Source: Muribaculaceae bacterium (GTDB taxonomy: Bacteria > Bacteroidota > Bacteroidia > Bacteroidales > Muribaculaceae). From it: 59,255 nucleotides of DNA. The stretch covers positions 1 to 59,255 of the forward strand of contig JAFLTK010000343.1 of NCBI GenBank assembly GCA_022511505.1, read 5' to 3'. A program made the position numbers and the translations under genes. Of the stretch, positions 57,781 to 59,255 are shown one piece after another (position 1 is the first letter of the stretch; each line of letters starts with the position of its first letter). The notes under the pieces were generated by a model. It ran no database searches, was not told where the DNA came from, and saw nothing but the letters and a program-made list of their open reading frames with translations.

Positions 57781-59255
57781 TAGAATAGACGTTTTGAGGT
57801 TGAGATTTGACCGTTATCATAGACGGTCTTGACGATATAGAGGCCGGTTGCGGGCTCGGCAATCTTGACGCCCTGAAGGTTATAGTACTCGGTGGCGACG
57901 GCACTGCCGTTGACGGCGACATTCTGCACGCCGCTCTCGGTCGAGGCGTAGCCGTGGAAACGGACGTCGCTGAGGCAGATGGTCTTGCCGTTGGCAGCGT
58001 TAGTGTACCAGGGGTAGAATCTCAAACGGCAGGTTTGGCCGGCTGCGAGTTCGATAACGGGTGTAACAGTGCCGTCGAGCATCGTGTTGGCGGGCATTTT
58101 TTTCTGCTCGTTGATGAGAACGGGGTTGGCAAAGTTGTCTTCGGTAGAATAGTAGACCTTGACACACATACCGTTGCCACCGCAACCACACATATAATAA
58201 CTGATGCGGTCGATATTGAGCACGGTGCCCTCAACGGCGGTCACGCCAAACTCGATATAACGACCCGATACCTCGTCGATTTCGCCGTCAGGCCAGTTGT
58301 CGCCGTCAAGCAGGTTGCGCTGGGTCTTGCGAGAAGCATCAAAGCCTGTTTCTGTCGGCCAGATGGTGTTGGCATTGGGTGCCGAATAGCGCTGGACATA
58401 CATCTGTGACCACGCTTCGGGGCGCACGATGACAGGACCGTCGGCAACATAACTGTCGTCGCTTTCGAGACGCCAGTAGACATCGACCTCGGTTCCGCCG
58501 GCAAGTTCTACACACTCGCCTTTGACGGTGATTGTCAGCGACTTGTCGCCGGCAACGACGGTGATATCTTCGCTGATGACGCCGGGAGCGGTCAATTGGA
58601 TGCGGGCATAGAAGCGCTCAACAATGTTGCCGTCCTTATAGGCGATGGCAACCGAGCGTGACCAGTTGACGCGGTCGGTCGAGACCTCGACGGCGTTGCC
58701 GCCGGCAGTGATGGTCACGTTGCCCGTAGCCGGGTTGAGGTCAAAACCGCTAACCATAAACTCTTTTTCGAGAGCCTGACCGCTGTAACCGCGGCCCAGG
58801 TCGGCATTGGCGGGAGTGACACTGATGTCGGCCGAAACATTCACACAACCGTCGAGCAAACCGGCTTCATCACAGAGGGTTGCAAAGCGGCGCGCAATCA
58901 GTGCGGCGCCGGTGGCCGAGAGATGGGTCGAGCCGTCGCCGTCGCTCAGGATGGCGTGACACGGGGCGTCGCCGTAACTCTCAAACAGTTCGGCGGTTGC
59001 GGTTGTCAGGTCGATATAGGGGACGTTCAGTTCCTTGGCAACCTGCAGCATCTGATAGGGGTAGTCCATCGAGTGGTCGGTCTCGGGCACTTTCTGGCCG
59101 GTCTTGACGCCGGTCTCGGTCAGTATCGAGAAGTTGTCGCCGAGATCGTGGCGGCCGTTGCGACGGATTTTTCCGTTGGTGAAATACATTCGGCAGATGG
59201 GGCCGCAAAGAATTGGGGTCACGCCGAGTTCGCGGGCCTCGTTGACCATTTTGCG
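57780..59255 (-). CDS. SGNH/GDSL-family esterase (rhamnogalacturonan acetylesterase-like, CE12-type) with T9SS C-terminal sorting domain; 5' end lies beyond the window edge
   Basis: The frame is open to the window edge (RK precedes the listed Met). SGNH block V is present (DGSTHLSATGAALIA), but the catalytic GDS block would lie upstream of the window. Beta-rich middle region. C-terminal ATEYYNLQGVKIAEPATGLYIVKTVYDNGQISTSKRLF is a T9SS CTD-like tail. Confidence 0.7.
   Translation of the reverse strand, partial: RKMVNEARELGVTPILCGPICRMYFTNGKIRRNGRHDLGDNFSILTETGVKTGQKVPETDHSMDYPYQMLQVAKELNVPYIDLTTATAELFESYGDAPCHAILSDGDGSTHLSATGAALIARRFATLCDEAGLLDGCVNVSADISVTPANADLGRGYSGQALEKEFMVSGFDLNPATGNVTITAGGNAVEVSTDRVNWSRSVAIAYKDGNIVERFYARIQLTAPGVISEDITVVAGDKSLTITVKGECVELAGGTEVDVYWRLESDDSYVADGPVIVRPEAWSQMYVQRYSAPNANTIWPTETGFDASRKTQRNLLDGDNWPDGEIDEVSGRYIEFGVTAVEGTVLNIDRISYYMCGCGGNGMCVKVYYSTEDNFANPVLINEQKKMPANTMLDGTVTPVIELAAGQTCRLRFYPWYTNAANGKTICLSDVRFHGYASTESGVQNVAVNGSAVATEYYNLQGVKIAEPATGLYIVKTVYDNGQISTSKRLF

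Overview
This 59.3-kb window looks like a moderately GC-rich Bacteroidales (Bacteroidota) chromosome. Three things support that, all by inference rather than database search. The gene order is typical (fur-purA, pheA-aminotransferase-DAHP synthase/chorismate mutase-tyrA, nusB-yajC-ybbR-coaE). Many genes are preceded by the Bacteroides -7 promoter box TAnnTTTG. Three secreted enzymes carry T9SS C-terminal sorting domains.

Most of 3.4-16.8 kb and 23-38 kb is housekeeping: purA, fur, an aromatic amino-acid operon, thiL, PNP, lpxK, sppA, sbcCD, a MetY-like PLP enzyme, trpS, nadE, nusB, yajC, coaE.

Accessory or unusual content:
1. An AT-rich island (about 16.8-23.1 kb) holds a tight operon of two paralogous unknown proteins plus a Pif1-family helicase with a TPR-like tail. 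It also holds a duplicated promoter/operator module and several orphan genes.
2. A synthase-dependent exopolysaccharide-like operon (38.8-46.3 kb) encodes a HEAT-repeat membrane protein, a processive GT2 synthase, a TPR + beta-barrel outer-membrane protein and a secreted lipoprotein.
3. A pectin-deesterification cluster of T9SS cargo proteins (48.8-59.3 kb) is interrupted by a very AT-rich LtaS-like cassette. The cassette lies next to tRNA-Ser(GCT) and a scrambled duplicate of that tRNA's 3' end.
4. Several families of intergenic repeats are present. The most striking is a GT-rich/AC-rich degenerate hairpin family that fills intercistronic gaps and always places its AC-rich arm directly before the next start codon.

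I found no CRISPR array, rRNA, transposase or integrase. All functional calls come from motif recognition by eye; no searches were run.
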